A stretch of 64,000 bases of DNA from Balanoglossus misakiensis (lineage: Eukaryota > Animalia > Hemichordata): NCBI GenBank assembly GCA_040954595.2, contig CM082584.2, forward strand, positions 372,001-436,000. The letters are read 5' to 3'. Positions 62,001 through 64,000 of this stretch are shown piece by piece. The number at the start of each line of letters is the position of its first letter. The stretch's first letter is position 1. Under the pieces are notes generated by a model. It did no database searches and was not told the origin of the DNA. It was given only the letters and a program-made list of their open reading frames with translations. Position numbers and translations under genes: made by a program.

Positions 62001-64000
62001 ATTTCCGAAAATGTAGAAAACAGGTATTTTTTGTAATTTTCAAAAATTTACCATTTTGACCAAATTATGGCTAAAATTGTTATTTTCGTGTTGAATGCCG
62101 CCAGTGTCACTGCTTTTAAAAGTCATAAAAGCTTTTAACATACAAGCAATTGTTTATATATGATCAGGTCACCGAATTAAAAAAAATAAAGAATGTTTGG
62201 CCTAAAAATGACCTTTTTGGTGCAAAAACGAATAAAACGCAATTTTGTATTAAATAACCTCATTCAGAGTGCATTTTTTTATAATCAGCACCATTTTTAC
62301 ATATAATGGAAATTTCATACATCACCAGATATCCAAATATGAAAAAATGATTTAGATTTTAGATGATTGTCCAAAATTAGCTGATATCTAATAAATGTAG
62401 TATTGAACCGTTCTGTTCCCCCCCCCTCCCCTACATTATATGCGGTACGCCGATGTCAGCTTACCCGGCAGTACTGCAGGCCGTGCCCCCACCTAACGTT
62501 GGTGTTTGAAACGCCCTGGTTAAATTCGGGCTTTCTCTATAAGTTGACAGGCAATAATGCAGTCCTACCCGAACAAATGTCGAGTGTTGACACGCTGTGA
62601 CTTTCCCTCTTCGGTTTGCCCGACTTAGCCGATGTCTTTGTACTAGAGTGTCGGGTCTTTTGCAGAGCCAGGCCGAAGGAAATCCGACTTGATCACCGTT
62701 GCTAACGAACGCTAGTGTCTGTCATGGTGTGCCGGGGTTTTAGTCGAGCCAGGCCGTAGGAGATCTGACTTGATCATCGTGGTCAATGTACGCGTGTTTC
62801 CGCTCTAAAGTGCCGGGGCTTCAGCTAAACCAGGCCGTAGGAAATCCGACGTAATCACCGTTGATAACTTACGCCAGTCTGTGTCATATAGAGCCGGTGC
62901 ACCAGCCGAGTCACGCCGTAGGAAATCTGACTTGATCAACGTGGTCAATGTACGCCTGTTTCTGCTCTAGAGTGCCGGGGCTTCAGCTGAGCCAGGCCGT
63001 AGGAAACCCGACGTGATTACAGTTGTTAACTTACGCCAGTCTGTGTCCTATATATAGTGCCGGGGCATCAGCCGTGCCAGGCCGAAGGAAATGTGAGTAG
63101 ATCAACGTGGTCTCTGTACGCGTGTTTCTGCTCTAGAGTGTCAGGGCTTTAGCAAAGCCATGCCGTAGGAAATCTGACTTGATCAACGTTGCTAGCGAAC
63201 GCTAGTGTCTGTCATAGTGTGCCGGGGTTTTAATCGAGCCAAGCCGTAGGAGATCAGACTTGATCAACGTGGTCTCTGTACGCGTGTTTCTGCTCTTGAG
63301 TGCCGGGGCTTTATCCAAGCCATGCCGTAGAAAATCTGACTTGATCACCGTTGCTAACGTACGCTAGTGTCTGTCATATTGTGACGGAGATTTAGCCGAG
63401 CCAGGCCGTAAAAAATCGACTTGTTCAACGTTACCAGTGTGCAACTGTTTCTGCTCTAGAGTGTCAGGGTTTTAGCCGATTTATGCTGTAGGAAATCAGA
63501 GTTGATGAACGGGAATTCAATGTTAGAAAACCCGTGTGGAAAGTATCTCTACCCGTTTGAAACTAAGAAAAGAATTTATTCTTATTTATTTTGTAAAAAA
63601 GACAATTTTTTCGAAACAAAGGCGAAAATGGTAATTTTGTCTTGGGTGATTCAAATTATACCACCTTTTCTGGAATTTGCAGCACTTTTTACAAGAGAAC
63701 GACACTTCATGCTCCATAATATTTCCGAAAATGAAGAAAAGAGTTAATTTTTTATGATTTTTTAAAATTTTACCATTTTTGTCAAAATATGGCCAAAATG
63801 GCTATTTTTTCTTGAATTCCGTCAATATCTCTGCATTTTTGGAGTGGTCGAAACTTTTAACATACAATCAACATGTCATATATGATCGGGGCACCAAATT
63901 CGAAGAACAAAGGTTTTTTTTATTTTTTTTTCTAAAAATAACATTTTCAAGGAAAATTTGGTAAAACGCAATTTTGTCTGCAGTGAGCCAAATTAGACGG
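38005..64000 (+). repeat. Composite ~2.05-kb tandem macrosatellite, right part (12 poly-C landmarks; runs off the window)
   Basis: Landmarks at ~39544, 41596, 43642, 46668, 48715, 51088, 52637, 54716, 56760, 58810, 60866 and 62417. The array resumes in register at the point where the LINE interrupted it. Confidence 0.97.

Noticed and set aside
3653-64000. Dozens of recurring 60-112 aa ORFs (MMNGNSMLENP..., MSKYGQNG..., MESISTR..., MNRSVPPP...)
   Set aside because: They are translations of the satellite: many use TTG/GTG starts, frames flip between copies with homopolymer indels, and no domains are recognisable.

Overview
Eukaryotic (most likely invertebrate animal) heterochromatin-type window with no host genes. 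About 56 kb is a tandem array of a composite ~2.05-kb macrosatellite: 27 plus-strand units counted by their poly-C landmark, plus one rearranged inverted unit at 2894-4187. Each unit has a poly-C tract, a ~240-bp GC-rich core, ten 81-bp monomers alternating A/B (162-bp dimers), and a ~1-kb AT-rich block of three diverged ~334-bp repeats that look like dimers of a ~167-bp monomer. Three retroelements sit in the 81-bp block. (i) The 5' end of a BEL/Pao LTR retrotransposon: LTR ~2253-2893 and an uninterrupted gag frame from 2186 running off the window, absent from the ORF track. (ii) A ~190-bp LINE/SINE 3' fragment with an (AAT)n tail, co-amplified into 3 units. (iii) A full-length ~4.73-kb APE-type LINE (33272-38004, minus strand, 7-bp TSD). 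The most interesting signal is the LINE's apparent stacked translational recoding. ORF1 carries a 2A/StopGo motif (DIERNPGP), and ORF2 has no usable AUG: it continues in the same frame as ORF1 after a single UAG (UAG-GGG), suggesting readthrough. ORF2 is also split by a -1 frame change at an A6 run, more likely an indel. Nearly all short ORFs in the supplied track are satellite noise. All analysis was by eye; no alignments or database searches were run.
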